Origin: Raillietiella orientalis
Lineage: Eukaryota
Assembly: GCA_036172245.1 (NCBI GenBank)
Contig: JAYWIR010000001.1
Coordinates: forward strand, 3,286,001-3,350,000
Direction: 5' to 3'
DNA length: 64,000 nt
Below the pieces are notes generated by a model that was not told the origin of the DNA, searched no databases, and saw nothing but the letters and a program-made list of their open reading frames with translations. Position numbers and translations under genes: made by a program. Shown here piece by piece: positions 1-13,004 of this stretch (positions are counted from its first letter, which is position 1; each line of letters begins with the position of its first letter).

Positions 1-3000
1 TCTGGTCAAGAAGAATAGGAAAAATCCATCGAGAAGCTGCGAGCAGCGTCCTGCCCAGCCCTCGGAAGCGCACAATCTAAGAAGCGACGGAAAGGACGCA
101 CGCAAAAAGCTCAAATCCAGAAGGGCCTGTCCCCCAAAACTCCGCAACCATCTTCTCATCGTCTCGTTTTCTAGATGGGACGCGCCCGCAGAGGAACACC
201 CTGATCGACCTCGAGTTGCACTAATCGGAAAGCAAGAATTCCGTTTTGCATGGTGTCAGAGTTGCGTCCATCCGAAACGCGAAAGGGCGACCTGGCAGCA
301 CATCAGACCCCTCTTCGCCACCTGCGAGACGAGGACGGGTTCGTGCGCTCTGGCTTCCGACCGACCGTTCCGATTCCTGCAGGTTTGCTGCACCCGGCTC
401 GCATGAAGTAAGGAAAGGACCGCTGGGTTCACCGGTCCCAGTGTCCACCATTCGCGGCCATCTTTCCGCCGAGCATCCCAGTGCGCGCACGCGGAAAGTG
501 CGGACCAGATGGCAATAGGGCCTTCGAAGCTGGCTCAGCTACGCGTCTGCATTCGAAAGACCGACCCAGCGGGTGACCACCTGAAAGCCTCCTTCTCTAC
601 CTTCTTCATTTCCGGCTACTGGGAGTGAGATGAGAGAATCTTCGCCCGGACCTGTGCTGGAGCTCTCAAGGAAGGAGAAACGTCAGTCGGGGTGAGCACG
701 ACAGCAGTTGAGGGCATCATTGTAACGAGGAGACGCCTCTCGCACGCCTTGGAAGGCGTCTCTGTCGAGGCATGGGGAGTCCCGGAATGAGGACGCTCGG
801 CGGCGCCTGCCTTCCTCGCCTGCAGATTGGCAAGCAGCCGCGCGCACTCAACGGGCACCGGCCAACTCACAGAGGTGATTGCGGGGCGCGGATCCCGCGG
901 CGACCGTGAGGGACACCGGAAGCCACTCTCCTGCAACGCTGCTCTGCAACCGGAAATGCGCAACCAGATCTCTTCGCACGCGCCGCTCCGCGAGTGCCTG
1001 TCTGGAACGAGAGAGCTCATCTCTCTCCCGGCACCACAGACGGGAGAATGCCGCTTGCTCCACAACCGTCACACTTTCGGGATGTCCGGTTGGGAACACG
1101 CAGGAAAGGAGGCGCGCGGGCCACGACGCGGGAGCGAATACGAGACGACAAGTCCCCGCCGCCACGCTCCCGCTCAACGTGGCGACGGTTGTCCGGAGCT
1201 CCCAGATTTGCGCGCCTCCTGGATGTCGCCCGGGAAGCAGCGTGGGACGGTCGGCACCGCTGGAATTTCTCCACTGAGATGCTGCAATTTGGGTAGGCGT
1301 CGGAAGTGTCGCCGGAGCAGCTGGATGCCGAGGCTTGGCGCGCTCCCCCTGGTCGAGCGTTTCAGACGGGACAGCGCGGAGGCTGTTACACGCGTCGCGC
1401 GCGTTCTCGCACGGTTCGAACATTCCCAATTGCGTGCGCCGGGAAGGTCTGGCTCTGCCCTATGGCCTGCGCCCTAGAGACGCAGCCGGCCGAGCGCACC
1501 GGTGCATCCCCGTCGACCTCCCGAAAGCCGCGTGCCCGAAACGCGACGCTGCGCCAGAGATTGCTAGGAGTGGGCGTCTTGTTGCCGCGCTGGAGGATCA
1601 GAGGGCACACGTGGACGTCAGCTCGCTTCAAGGACGTGAGCGACCACTCGGACAAGACGCTTCGCTCAGCAGCCTCTTCCCTGATGAATAGATGGACGGC
1701 GGCAGCAGCCACGAGAGAGGCGGTTGCCGCGGCGACCGCCTCCAGAAGCGTCTCGGTGCCATGCAAAGGGCATTCCATGGAGATGGGCTCTCAAGCATCG
1801 GGAGTGGCACCAAGCGGTGGCAAAGAGGACTCAGGAGCACGGCCCCCCTTCCGCGTCCGAAAGGAGTTTGTCTGCAGCTCCGGACCGGTGAGCTGAGTTG
1901 CTGCCACCGAGCGCGCGGCCCTCTCCGCCTGGAGCAGGGAGTCTGCAATGGGGTAGAGTCGCTTCCTCATTCCTTCATGGAACTCGGACTGCTGCGGATG
2001 GTATCGACTCTCTGGCGTAACTGATTGTCTTAACGTCCGTCTGACGATGTCTCGTATGTCTTTCGATGGTTCGGGAGAACCGTTTTCTTGCCGTTTTTCA
2101 TCGCCCTTCAGAACTTCGGTTAACCGTTTGAGTGCTTTGGGGACGCATCTATGCGTTTGGCAGATGTTTTTACCTTATACTCGCGACATAAGCTAACTAT
2201 CAGTGTTTGACTAACGTTTTTATCATTCCCTTAGCAACGACAGTCAACAAAATTCTATTGAATTCGGCTAACTATTATCGGTTTTTCAGAGAGTGACCTC
2301 TCTAAAAAAACAAGAATAGCATGATGTTATAGTTGTGTCGTATGTATTGTATTATATTGTACCACACCCAAATCAATTATTGATTTTATTGGAATTATAA
2401 TTTTTAAATGAATAATATATGTTTGGGAAAAATGAAAATATTTTTTTAATGTGGTATGAATAAGCAATTAGAGTAGTAAGTTCAAGTCAGCACTTTATAA
2501 AGTCAGTCGGTACCTCCATGCACGCGGTACGCGAAAAAGCGTTCTGTCCAACTGCGACTCGCATGCTCAACACGGAACGTGTGCTCCGCACCCGGCTGAA
2601 TCGATGGCCAACTGGCGGGTTCATGTTTCGCGTTTCTTTCTTTAAGAGACTTTTTCTTCCCCGATAAGTCGAAGGGATGACTCGAGACGAAGCATCCATC
2701 TTCTCTTTTCTCCCCCAAACGGCCAATTTTTGGTGCGTACCTCGGTCGGGAAGAGCGAGGAAGAAGAGCGGTGAAGAAAGGAAAGCACGAGGGAAATGAA
2801 GGCAGGGAGATGAGATGGAAGTGGTTTCAGAAGCAGTTCAATCTGATTTTTCCAAGGCTCCAAAGATTCCTCTTTTTCAGGTTTCCGTTAGGAAGGAAGC
2901 GCGGCCAATGGATGCACTTGGATTGGGAGCAGCGGGTGGAGAAGGAGGTGATTATCGGGGCTAGACGCTGCAACGGCCCTGTGGTCACCGCAGCATGACT

Positions 3001-3219
3001 GCGAACCGAGTGCGGCAGCAGCAACGGCATCCGCTGCCGCGCCTACGTGGTGAACTGCGGCCGGCTTCGGACCTTGGTGGGGGAGGGAAGGAGGAGTTCT
3101 GTCCGTGTAGGATGTGCCCGACGCTGCTGACGTCGTCTGCACTCCAGGAATTGACGTGGGAGTGGAATTATGCCTCTGCCTATCATGGAGTCTCTCCAAG
3201 GGAGGCAGCAGCATGGTTC

Positions 3220-3411
3220 TTAATTTTCAATTGTCCTTAGTATGCCGGACATAGCTAAAGCTCGACCTTCTGCAGTTGTTGTGTGATAGTAGTGCTCTTC
3301 ATTGCGGAGGTTGTAAAGTACTTCTCTGAACTTATTCCATTATCCCTTAGGAGCTGGTTCATTTAATTTTTTATCTTCTTTATCGCTTATACCATTAACA
3401 TCGTAACACAT
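3220..3411 (-). pseudogene. Bacterial-type hypothetical protein fragment with an internal stop
   Basis: Reads MCYDVNGISDKEDKKLNEPAPKG*WNKFREVLYNLRNEEHYYHTTTAEGRALAMSGILRTIEN*, preceded by AGGTGAGTAAAGAA. Probably truncated at the insert junction. Confidence 0.55.
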
Positions 3412-3537
3412 TTCTTTACTCACCTATTGTCAGTTAATAGATATCACTTATTTCATATTTATAGAGAAGTTAACAGAGATATTAGACTTATTGTATAACC
3501 TCAGCGGAAAAAGGCAAACTAGCTAACCCAACCCCAC

Positions 3538-3596
3538 GTCATACCGTCACGGTATCTTCTAGCATAGATCTCGCTAACAAGTAGCCGGGATGATGA
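3538..3596. repeat. Wolbachia/Rickettsia-type intergenic palindromic element
   Basis: GTCATACCGTCACGGTATCTTCTAGCATAGATCTCGCTAACAAGTAGCCGGGATGATGA forms two hairpins (ATACCG/CGGTAT; ATCTCGCTA/TAGCCGGGAT) inside GTCAT...ATGA ends. It resembles the GTCATACCG..CGGTATCT..AGATCCCGCTAACAAGTAGCGGGATGAC repeat I recall from Wolbachia (recollection, not a search result). Confidence 0.7.
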
Positions 3597-3608
3597 TTTT
3601 CCAAATCG

Positions 3609-4531
3609 TCAGGGTGTCATGAAAGTAGCCCCTGTGTGCGTCCATCTGCTTAAAATTTCTGAATGATCTGCATCTTCCCCTCTCTCCCCCCGTATTCCTT
3701 GTGGTTCACTTGGGCCTTTAGGATTTACAGGCCCGGCATCACCTTTAATTCCTTGCAGACCTATCTTCTGTCCAGGATTTTCTCTCAATCGTGCTGCCAC
3801 TCCTTCCTGTAAGGTTGGATCATTCACTAAAATTTTCCCATTCTGACGATCCTTTGCTTCCAGCACTGCCTACCCCAACTCAGCTGCTTTGGTGCTAAAG
3901 AAGTGATCAACAACATTTTTAACTGTCTGCTGTGCTGCACCTGTGCTATCCTTCAATCAAATGCTCAAGCAAATACTCAGTCAATTTTCCCTACTTATTT
4001 TTTCCTTTACCACCGGCAAAGCAGCGTCAGCATCACCTAAATTACGATGTAGCAGAAGGTGCTTTGCCAGGGCCCAATCGCTTGCTTTATTTCTCACAAG
4101 ATCATCAGCATTTACTTATCTATGGCGCTCTTATTAAAAAGCAGTTCGGCCAGCCTCTGTGAAAATTCACTGCGGAATTAGCTTCTGCTTTTGCCATTTC
4201 AGTCTGTGCCTTTGCATTTTCAACTTCCTCTTTACACTGTGTTAATCCACCTTTTGCTTCTTTAGCTTCATCCTGAGCCTGTTCTACTTTCTCTTCAAAT
4301 TCCGCCTTTATATTCTCTATTTTTTTTGGGGCCTGTATTTTTAGCTGCTAGGTTTCTGCTTTCACCTTTTGAACCTCCTCATCACATTCTACAAGTGACT
4401 TTTTCCGCTAGTTCATTATCCTCTTTCGTTCCTCCAATTTGACCTCCTAGATCCATGAGTTGATTCTCAGTTGTAGTCTCGTCCTCCTTAATAATCTTAT
4501 TATCAGTTACCTCAATTGTAGTTTTATTCTA
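3609..4531 (-). pseudogene. Coiled-coil plus collagen-like (Gly-X-Y) protein pseudogene, Wolbachia-like
   Basis: Stitching across ~4 frameshifts and 2 TAG stops gives ...EEVQKVKAET*QLK...EFEEKVEQAQDEAKEAK...AKAEANSAVNF/SQRLAELLFNK/VNADDLVRNKASDWALAKHLLLH.../STKAAELG*AVLEAKDRQNGKILVNDPTLQEGVAARLRENPGQKIGLQGIKGDAGPVNPKGPSEPQGIRGERGEDAD. No introns. Confidence 0.7.
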
Positions 4532-7500
4532 GTCTATACGTACTCGCAGGCTACGGTTCCTCCTCCGCGGAGATGGAGGAGGTGGGAAGACTTCGGTGTA
4601 CCAGCGGTCTCTGGTACGCTCTTGGTCTCTGGAGGCAGGAGCTCGAAGGCAGGACAGGATGGCCTATGAGGAGAAAAATCTTGGAGTTTCGGGGGCACAT
4701 TGCTGCCGAGGTGACTCGTCTCCTTCAAATTCCCTACGCGACTTTTCTGCTTCCGTGTCCTCCAGACGCGTCGGCCTCTCCGGCTTCGCAGCCGACGAGA
4801 TTTAGCGGGAGAAATGCCACTGGCTCATAGCGGTCACATCTCTCCATCCACGCCCAAAAATGTCTGCAGGCGGACTTCCCTTGAGTCCGTCAGTCGTTTC
4901 TCCTTTTGCTTCGTCCTGCGGAATTCCCGAAGTGGACCTCGCTGTTCAGCGAACCTCAGAGGTGAGACTGAGAAAAAGGACACGTCCTGACAAGGATCAT
5001 TACCGCAGAAATCGATCACATCCCGGGCGCAGCTAATACATCCGGTATGGTAAAAATGGCCTGCTTCCAGAAGGGACCAGCAAAGTAGCGTCGCCTCTTC
5101 CGGGTCGAGCGATCTGTGGGTGATGGGAACCCATGCATCATTCCCCGGCATCTCCGCAGTCTGTGCTCCATCGGATGATGCGCAGGCACACCTTTGGCTG
5201 AGAGTCAGAAGCGAGGAAGAGTCTCTTCTGGACATTGACGGTGGTTCTTTTCTCGCTCTGGGAGACACCACTGAGAAACTCCAGTGCTTCATATCTGGAG
5301 AAGAGGTGGTCCTCGGAAACGGATTCTCACGGCGCCATGCATGCATTCTCATGAACACCGGCTGCGGCCCGCGTGCTCGTGGCATGAGAATTCGGGGGCT
5401 GTCTGCAGCCTGATGTTCACAAGACCTGTCGGGTCCGGTTGATGATTCAGCCCAAAGAAAAACAAGACATGAGAAACAAGAAAAGAGAAGTCGGGTATCT
5501 CTAAGGACACTCGAAGAAGTTCTGAGATGTCTTTCTTTTTTTGAGAATCAAGGACTGGTCTTCCTTCCCCAGGTTAAGAGGAGTACTCGACCGTTCTCAG
5601 CGGGAACGGAACTCGAGGTCTCTATTAAGTACGTTGTGGACATGGATTCGGAAACATCAGTCAGTGACCATGGCGTGATCTTCGGCACCTGTGACTGTTG
5701 GACCTGGGCACCTGCAGATCAGCTGGAAGAAAACTTCTGAGTGCGGTTTGTGAGGATCGTCGCCTCAGACAACAGGCTGAAGGCAGTCCGCCTCTGCCTA
5801 AAAGAATCGTTCTCCTCTGAAGAAGGTGCCGTCAAAGGAACCGAAAACAGGCTGCTTGTGCTGCGGTACCAATCCTGAAGATCCTGGATCCGGCTGAATA
5901 GCTCGAGTTACCTCCCCCGTCCGATTCCTCCCTCCGCCCTCAAAGTTTCTGCGTGCAGAGATCACCGACATAGACCGACATAGGCGCAGATTGGTCAGGA
6001 GGCTGGCTAGTCGCCCGAACTCGTTCCAGATCTCGCGTCCGATGAAAGAAACTCTTGTTTGACGTAGCCAAACCCTCCTAGAGGTCGGCTGTACTTAAAT
6101 TCCAATGGCCCCATTGCAGGTTCTTTCTTTACCCTCCCACCCTCCCCATTTCAGTGCAGCTTCCCCCCCCTTCTGGTCCTTTTCTTCTGTAATCTTAAGA
6201 TCTGGCTTGGGAACAGAACGGATAAAACACGGGTGGGAGACTCGTGCTTTACCCCGGAGCAGTGTCTTAGCTGGCAATGGACTCGTCCTCTCGCGAAAGC
6301 AATCTGAGTTAATCCTCGATCGATCTTGCAAGAGCGATCCGACATCAGGATATGCGCAGATCCGCTCTTTCTTTGATTCAGCAGACGCGGCACTGGCCGA
6401 TTTGAAGGTTGAGAGATACCTGCCCGTCTGGACTGCCTCCAACGGATCAGAGCTGCTGCTTCGTATATCACTGGGAAGGAAGGAAAAAGGGGAAGTTCTT
6501 CCAGGAAAAGCTGCAGGAAAACCGTCCCTTCCTTGTGGAGTTTGTTTGTTGAGCTTCTAGAGTACTGGGCATTCCCTTTTTTCTTCAAATTCTTCAGTTC
6601 ATTGGGACAAAGAGCTTCTGAAGGAAGTCAATGATTTGAAAGGATCAGTTTGCCATGATCCTCGACGACTTGTAACCAACGCCATTTTTCAAGCTTCCAT
6701 TCTGTGGAAGACGCTTCTCTAACATTCACCAACCAATGGTGGTCCCTCACTTACCTCCTTATCTCCCATTCCCTCCTCCAAAGACGACGCAGTACCCAAC
6801 CTGCCAACCAACCAACCACATTCCTTGCTTTCTTTCCACTTGTTCTTCCAGCTTCTCGTGAGAAAGATGACCTCATGCTAAGATCAATGGATCACCTTCT
6901 CCCATGGCGACTACAATCCAGGTAGAGGTGATCTTGCACGCTCTCAACGATCAGCTAGGAAGCACTTCGACCTGTTGGCCACCTCGGAAAGTTTCTCCTT
7001 GAAGAGCTTCAAGAAAACGCCGAGAGTGGGTCTACTATGCATCCACAGCTCCCTTAGCCATATCTCTATCTTCCTTCGTAATTGTATGGAGTAGAGAGTC
7101 TTCCTGAACGTCGTCGCGAGAAGAATGAAACCCCTAGGCAGACGGACGGCAGGTCATACGTCCCACACGAACCCCAAGGTCTTTCCCCCTGGACGGATCT
7201 TCTGGGACTCCCCCAAAATGAGATAATAGTTCTTCCTTTTGTGCAAGAAAAGGACCGCGCTCCCCATCAGACTGCGGAAGATGTCGGTTCATGTCCTGCA
7301 TTGGATCGTTCCCGTCTTGATGAACAAATCAATGGCAGAGTATCCCCGGGCTGAGAAAGTTAGGGGTGGTGGAAGTTTTCAATCTTAGGTTTCTGGCATG
7401 CCCTTTCCTTCTTTCGAAATAGAAGAGGTCAGCTAGAGAATTCTAGCATCCGGAAGACGCCCCTGAAAATCTTCTGAGGCATTTTCTTACTCTTCTAGGG

Positions 7501-10500
7501 CTTTCTACGGCCGCGTTATTCGCTATCCCGCGCTGCTGCTCCGCGGCATGGCAAAAGAATACCTGTTTCGGAAAAAAGAACAAAAACATTGCCAGCAGCA
7601 TGGTGAGGCCATCCTTGTGGCCACTGCTATGGAGAAAATAGCCGACATCCAAGCGTGGCCCATGTAGGTGCATGGGATAGCAGTGGCGGGACCGGAGCCA
7701 TCGAAGTTCACCCTCGTCATAAGTGACTAAACGCAAGTAAATAAATCATTTTGATTGATGGATGGACTGCACAAAAAATCATTACTGTATCCATTTATTG
7801 TCTGTTTTCCTAATCCCAGCCCTACTCCTTGGTTAAAACTGTGCAAGGATGTTGCTCCCAACCATCGGAGTTGATCAATCAGGAAGCGTCCTAGCTGACT
7901 CTTTGCTTGCTGTCGAGCAGGAAACACCCAGGCCGCCCTCAGGTCACGAGCTGGTTCCTCTCCTCCTTTGGCGCACGGTTTCTTCCGCACGTCTTCTCCT
8001 ATCAGTGGTACCCCTCTTCCTCTCCCGCTGAATTCTGAAGCGCGGACGCGTTCCCTCGAGCAGTCAGTCCGGTGTGCACCATCTCCCGTTGAGCCGTCTG
8101 GAATTTCAGATGGCGAAGCTGCGCCCATTTGCAAAACATGATTCCCTCCTGCTTTTCCGCCCCAATCTGCTCCAAAAGATTGGCGTGCGTGCACGTGAGT
8201 CCTCAGTATTACGTCAATGGATCTTCCCACGCAGAGTGGAGCACCATTCTTTGAGGCTTTTGGTCCTTCTTGCGGCGATAGTGGGTAGCCTCTATGGGCC
8301 GACTCTCACGCGCTTCAGCGCAGATTCCAATCTTTACTAGACAGGAAGAGATTATCTTTCCCTCTTTTCGTTTTCTCGATAATTCTCTTGATGCTGATTC
8401 TCCTATGGCAGATGTAACGCCCACCAGTACAGGTGCTTTCGTGCTTGCCACACTATAAACGAAAGCTATGCGCCCCTGCTGTCTCCTTCATGGGCGCCAT
8501 GGTTTTGACTTTTTGCCTCTGGCTGCTTCGTTAGAATGGAGAAAAGAAGTCTGCAAGTAGCTTGCAGCTTTCTTTATCTATGTGGACTTCACGTGCAGCT
8601 CGCAAGATGCTAGACTTGCTAACCAGACGATAGCAAATGGGTCATTTTAGTCCTTCCTCTCCCTGGGTTGCTTGCAGCCGTGTTTAAGGTTAATCAGTCA
8701 GCAGTCTAAAATGAGATCCTACATTCGATACGCTAGGGATCTGAGAAGATGTTGTTGTTCTTCATTCCAAATTTCTGATTTTCTACTTTTCACATTGCAC
8801 TCGACTAACGAGGTAAAGGTCACTCACTCTTTCAAGGATAGGTGAATATGGCACTCTTTTGAAACCTTCTAGTTGTTTTCCTATTTATGCATTTCAGTAG
8901 ATTTCGTTTTTATTTTCTGGTGCTCATTGGGTGCTTATTTATTGATTTTCAGAAAGGAAAAACTCCTCGTCTCGTCTTATGAAGTTCCAGGAAACAAAAT
9001 GATTATGAAAACCTTCAAAAGACTTATTAAGAATCACGTTTTAAAGTCCTTTCAAAATAAATGATCCAGATTTGTCATCTTTATGTAAATTAGACATCCT
9101 AACTAGCAGTGGTCTAATCGATGTACCTTGTATCAAAATACTCGTTTATACTTCAGGTTTGAAAATTATCACAGAAGGAAGCTAGGCACAACATGTCCCC
9201 GAGAACCTTTACAAAGTAGTTTTCTAGTTCTTAAGGAGATCTGAAGGGAATAGTACTGTCTTTTGGTCATTGTATGATTCACTTGCGGCAGATTTTTGCT
9301 GCAAATTTTTCATAAAATGTTTCATTCCCACGGATAAGGCAGAATTACTTCCACTCAATTGTTTCGTCTCCTTAATATTTCCTTAATATTCTCTCGATTG
9401 TCTTCATCTATTTCTTTTCCCATTCCAAAGATGCAAGGAACTCTCCGAACGAAATTTCACGTTGGACAACATTAGTTGTTGCGTGGTACTGCAATCTTAG
9501 TTGCAGGACGAAAAAAACACAATTATAAAATCAAGCTACATTTTTGAAGTCATTCGACAGTTTCAAAAATATTCGCGTTAAATTAACATAAATCAATCGT
9601 TGAAAAATATGGCATTTAAACTCGTTTAAGAGCTCCAAGACTACCAGAAGTTACACTTGATAACTGGAGAAAAAATGAAAATACTTAAACGCAATAATCC
9701 TTAAACGGAGGATAGACACTAAAAGTAGAACTGACAATCTCTTGAACTGCTCTTAAAATTCACAGAATTTTGTAGAATGGCACTGATTACACCGAACGCT
9801 GCTACTTTGTCATTAACATACTGTTTTTAAATGTGCTGATTAAATAAGTAAACAGTCAGTAAATCTAACATATGTACTGCACATGGAAAACAAAAAGAGA
9901 CACTGAGATTAGATAGGGATCCGTAGAATGACAGAACTTTTGGATCATACTAAGACTATTCTGAATAGGAATTTTATGTTTTAAGTGTTATTTAGTGTTA
10001 GTAGTTTACCAAAGTAAAAAATCTGTTTATCCTATTAAAGTGCTAAAGTATTACTAATAACACATCCTAGTAAACTTATCAATTCTAGAAAAGGGTTTCT
10101 CATTTATGAATTTCAGAAAAGGTTTTCTTCGATATTTTGTTTAGCTATCAGATTAGTCTGGCAAAATTACAGTATTATTCTGAATTTCCTTTAAATTGAT
10201 CTAAATAGAATACTCACTCCTAAGCATAGGATCTTTCATTCGGTTTGTAATCCTACTAAAATGAAATTACGAAAAAAAAGCCATGCAGATTAAATCGTGA
10301 AAAATCGTGAGAACAGAAAAATATGCAGGGAATCAAGATATCGTAATACCATAGGTTATCCATTTCGATCTGTGATAACACTAATGAAGTGGAGATTGTA
10401 TTTTTCGGATTCCTATATCTTCTCACATTTTAAAAGTGAATGTGTGTATGTGTTTTTTTTGTGTTTTCAAAAAGCGCTGATTCTTTACTCTTTTTATTTT

Positions 10501-12048
10501 TGTCTTCAACATGAGCTAGTCTTTCAATGTATTTGAGAACTTATTTAAATCAAGGACTTTCGATTTTGTGTAGCTAGTTTACTATTATCAAAAAAATTAA
10601 AATAAATTTTGCAACTATAATATGATTAGGAGGAAACAAGATTTGGATTGATGCAATCAAAATTAGGTGTTTACTATTCATCAGCTTTCCTCAAGCTGTT
10701 TTACGTTTTTTTCTTTTCTCTATTCTTTATGATATAGATAAAACTACAATCTGAGTAGAAGGGAGATTACTTGCTGAATACGATTATTCAATAATATGAG
10801 TGAAGGAACCAATTTTGACCATAAGTGATGCCTCGATAAACTGGGGTATCTGGAGATGTGGAGGATAGAGGACTTTGGAGGCTCCATTTTGCAACTGCAT
10901 TGTTGAAAAAGAGGCATCATTTTCAGTTAAACATCTACATCACTTACACCTAATACGTCACGACGACTGTTTTCTTGCTCTACCGAATACACTATTCAAA
11001 ATGATTCTTCTTGTTTGGGGGGGACATCAAGAGCCAATTGAAGAGTACTAAGGAAAAAATTTCAGCCTTCCAAAATGTATCCTTCTACTTCTATACCTGG
11101 CAGTGATCAGTACGAAATTCGGAAAAGCATTACAAACTGCATTGCAAGTGTAGTTAATAGAGCATACCTTCTGGGAATTTGGCAGCGTCGTCACAAATGA
11201 TTTGTATTGCAAGTGTCTTTACTTTATTGTAATTACATCACAAAAAATCATGCGAGTAACATAAATAGTGTGTTGCCGTCACTGACTCGAGACACTGAGA
11301 TCAAAAACCCGAAGGGAAGATGTATGGGAAGATTAGCAATAAGCCATTATTTATCGTTATTCGATAGTACCCGCGTCAATAAAGCGGAAATTCCTCATAT
11401 TATTTAGATTTTCCTGTAAAGATGTGGGAAGTACTGAACGTTGATACATGCAGCTCTTTGAATTAAGCGTGCAGACCTTTCGTATGTTTTCATTGTCTTT
11501 GCTGAACAAGTGAGAATGCGAAATAAAATTCGATGCAATTTACACCTTGTGACTGTTGATATTCATCAGAAGACTGCAACACAAAGTATCGTAGTCATTA
11601 TTAATGCATTTCAAAAGATTCGAAAGTGATTCGTTAGAACATAAGACAATGGCCGTAAATGGTTATCCTGAAATTTTAATGTGCTTGAATGTTCTATTGA
11701 TAGGATTTTAACTATGGATACGCACCCTTTAAATAGGTAGGAAAAAGTTTGCATTTTCATGCAATTTGCATTTATCACAGAGTTACGTGTTGTGGTTCTG
11801 AGTTTTAAAAAGAAGAATGCTGTTATCATAACAAATCAGCAGACATGTTTCGATGGGTATGGGAAAATAAATATTGACATTTACGTGGAATCCTTTATGA
11901 AAATTCTGAGTATGTCCAATTCATTGTTGCCGTACAGAAATCCGGTTGATGCTATGATCCCTGACTTCAAGACAATAAGCAATATTGCCACCTGGAAAGG
12001 TGACTTATAGCTGATCAATTTTTCAAACAATCAATTGAAAAAATTATT

Positions 12049-13004
12049 ATGAGCCAAACGTGTAACAAGAAAGATACAGAAAGTCAAACTCAAAGAGTTA
12101 ACATTACCCAGGATCTTCTATCTTTATTTGAATGCCCTGTGTGCTTTGAATACATCTTGCCTCCTATTCATCAGTGCAGTCAAGGTCACCTTATATGCTC
12201 ATCATGTAAACCAAAGGTAAGTGGCGATTCATTATTAATTTTGTATTTAAGAACATACAGATGATTCAATGCCCTACATGCCGGGAAGAATTGGGAACCA
12301 TTCGTTGCCTAGTCATGGAAAAAGTAGCTGATACCTTGTTGTTTCCATGTAGATATGCTGCTCAAGGCTGCTCAAAAATGTTGCCTCGTGTCCATAAGCT
12401 GATTCATGAGAAAAGACATTGTGCTTATAAACTGTTTGAGTGCCCCTATCGTTTCATAGAGAACTGTGCAGATTGGGGAGGTAGCAGAGATACTGTTCGC
12501 TTTCATCTTCTGGCAGCCCATGCTGAAAATTTCTGCAAAGAGCATGGTGTTATGGAACCTTTGCAGGGTCCCAGAGTGTTTTTATTACCATTTGTAGATG
12601 TCTTGGATTATAATGCAGAGACTGGCACCACGGCTTGGATGTGGACATATTTGCAATTATGCTTTGAGCATACTTTTGTTCTGAATCTGTATTATATTCA
12701 CAATGGCAAGGGAAATGTGCATTTTGCTACTGTTCGTCTAGTGGATACTATCAACTCTGCCCGCCATTTTCGTTATAGAATTACTTTGGATGGTCCTCAA
12801 GGACAACTTGGGTATGCAGGAAATTGTCATTCACTTCATGAGGATATTTGGGAAATCTATGATAGTCGAGATTGTTTGTCCTTTGATGCAAGTACTGCAC
12901 ATCGATTCCGTTCTCAGATGCCTGGTGTGAGACGGCAAGTATTGCAATTAACGGTAGAATTAGAACAGAATGAAAAAGATGAAGAAGATGTTATACTTAA
13001 CTGA
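12049..13004 (+). CDS. Seven-in-absentia (Siah/SINA) family E3 ubiquitin ligase, divergent paralogue; exons 12049-12216 and 12261-13004 (303 aa)
   Basis: [39 protein letters not shown] is joined across a 44-nt phase-0 GTAAGT...ACAG intron (12217-12260). Then [10 protein letters not shown], two SIAH zinc fingers and a substrate-binding domain ending [19 protein letters not shown] at 13262-13267. Confidence 0.93.

Larger units (their letters stand above)
3220..4535 (-). other. Nuclear insertion of probable Wolbachia/Rickettsiales DNA (nuwt), decayed
   Basis: Abrupt AT-rich island inside GC-rich sequence. It holds two intronless, co-oriented broken ORFs, an SD-like AGGTGAG before the ATG at 3411, and a Rickettsiales-type palindromic repeat between the ORFs. 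Confidence 0.75.
2490..8700 (-). mobile_element. Degenerate GC-rich transposon-like or pseudogenised long reading frame, interrupted by the AT-rich bacterial-like insert at 3220-4535
   Basis: GC-rich block between AT-rich flanks with no long intact ORF. Minus-strand fragments include NVVGWLAGWVLRRL...WLQVVEDHGKLILS (~6640-6830), loosely like the YIAGY...RGGL motif of P/THAP9-type transposase C-termini, and GHFYHTGCI (~5040-5070), like a zinc-finger half site. Family not assignable; boundaries approximate. Confidence 0.25.

Noticed and set aside
1-2150. Overlapping 100-216 aa ORFs as genes
   Set aside because: GC-rich, open on both strands, no recognisable domain or codon bias. Possibly a transposon relic, but I cannot support a call.
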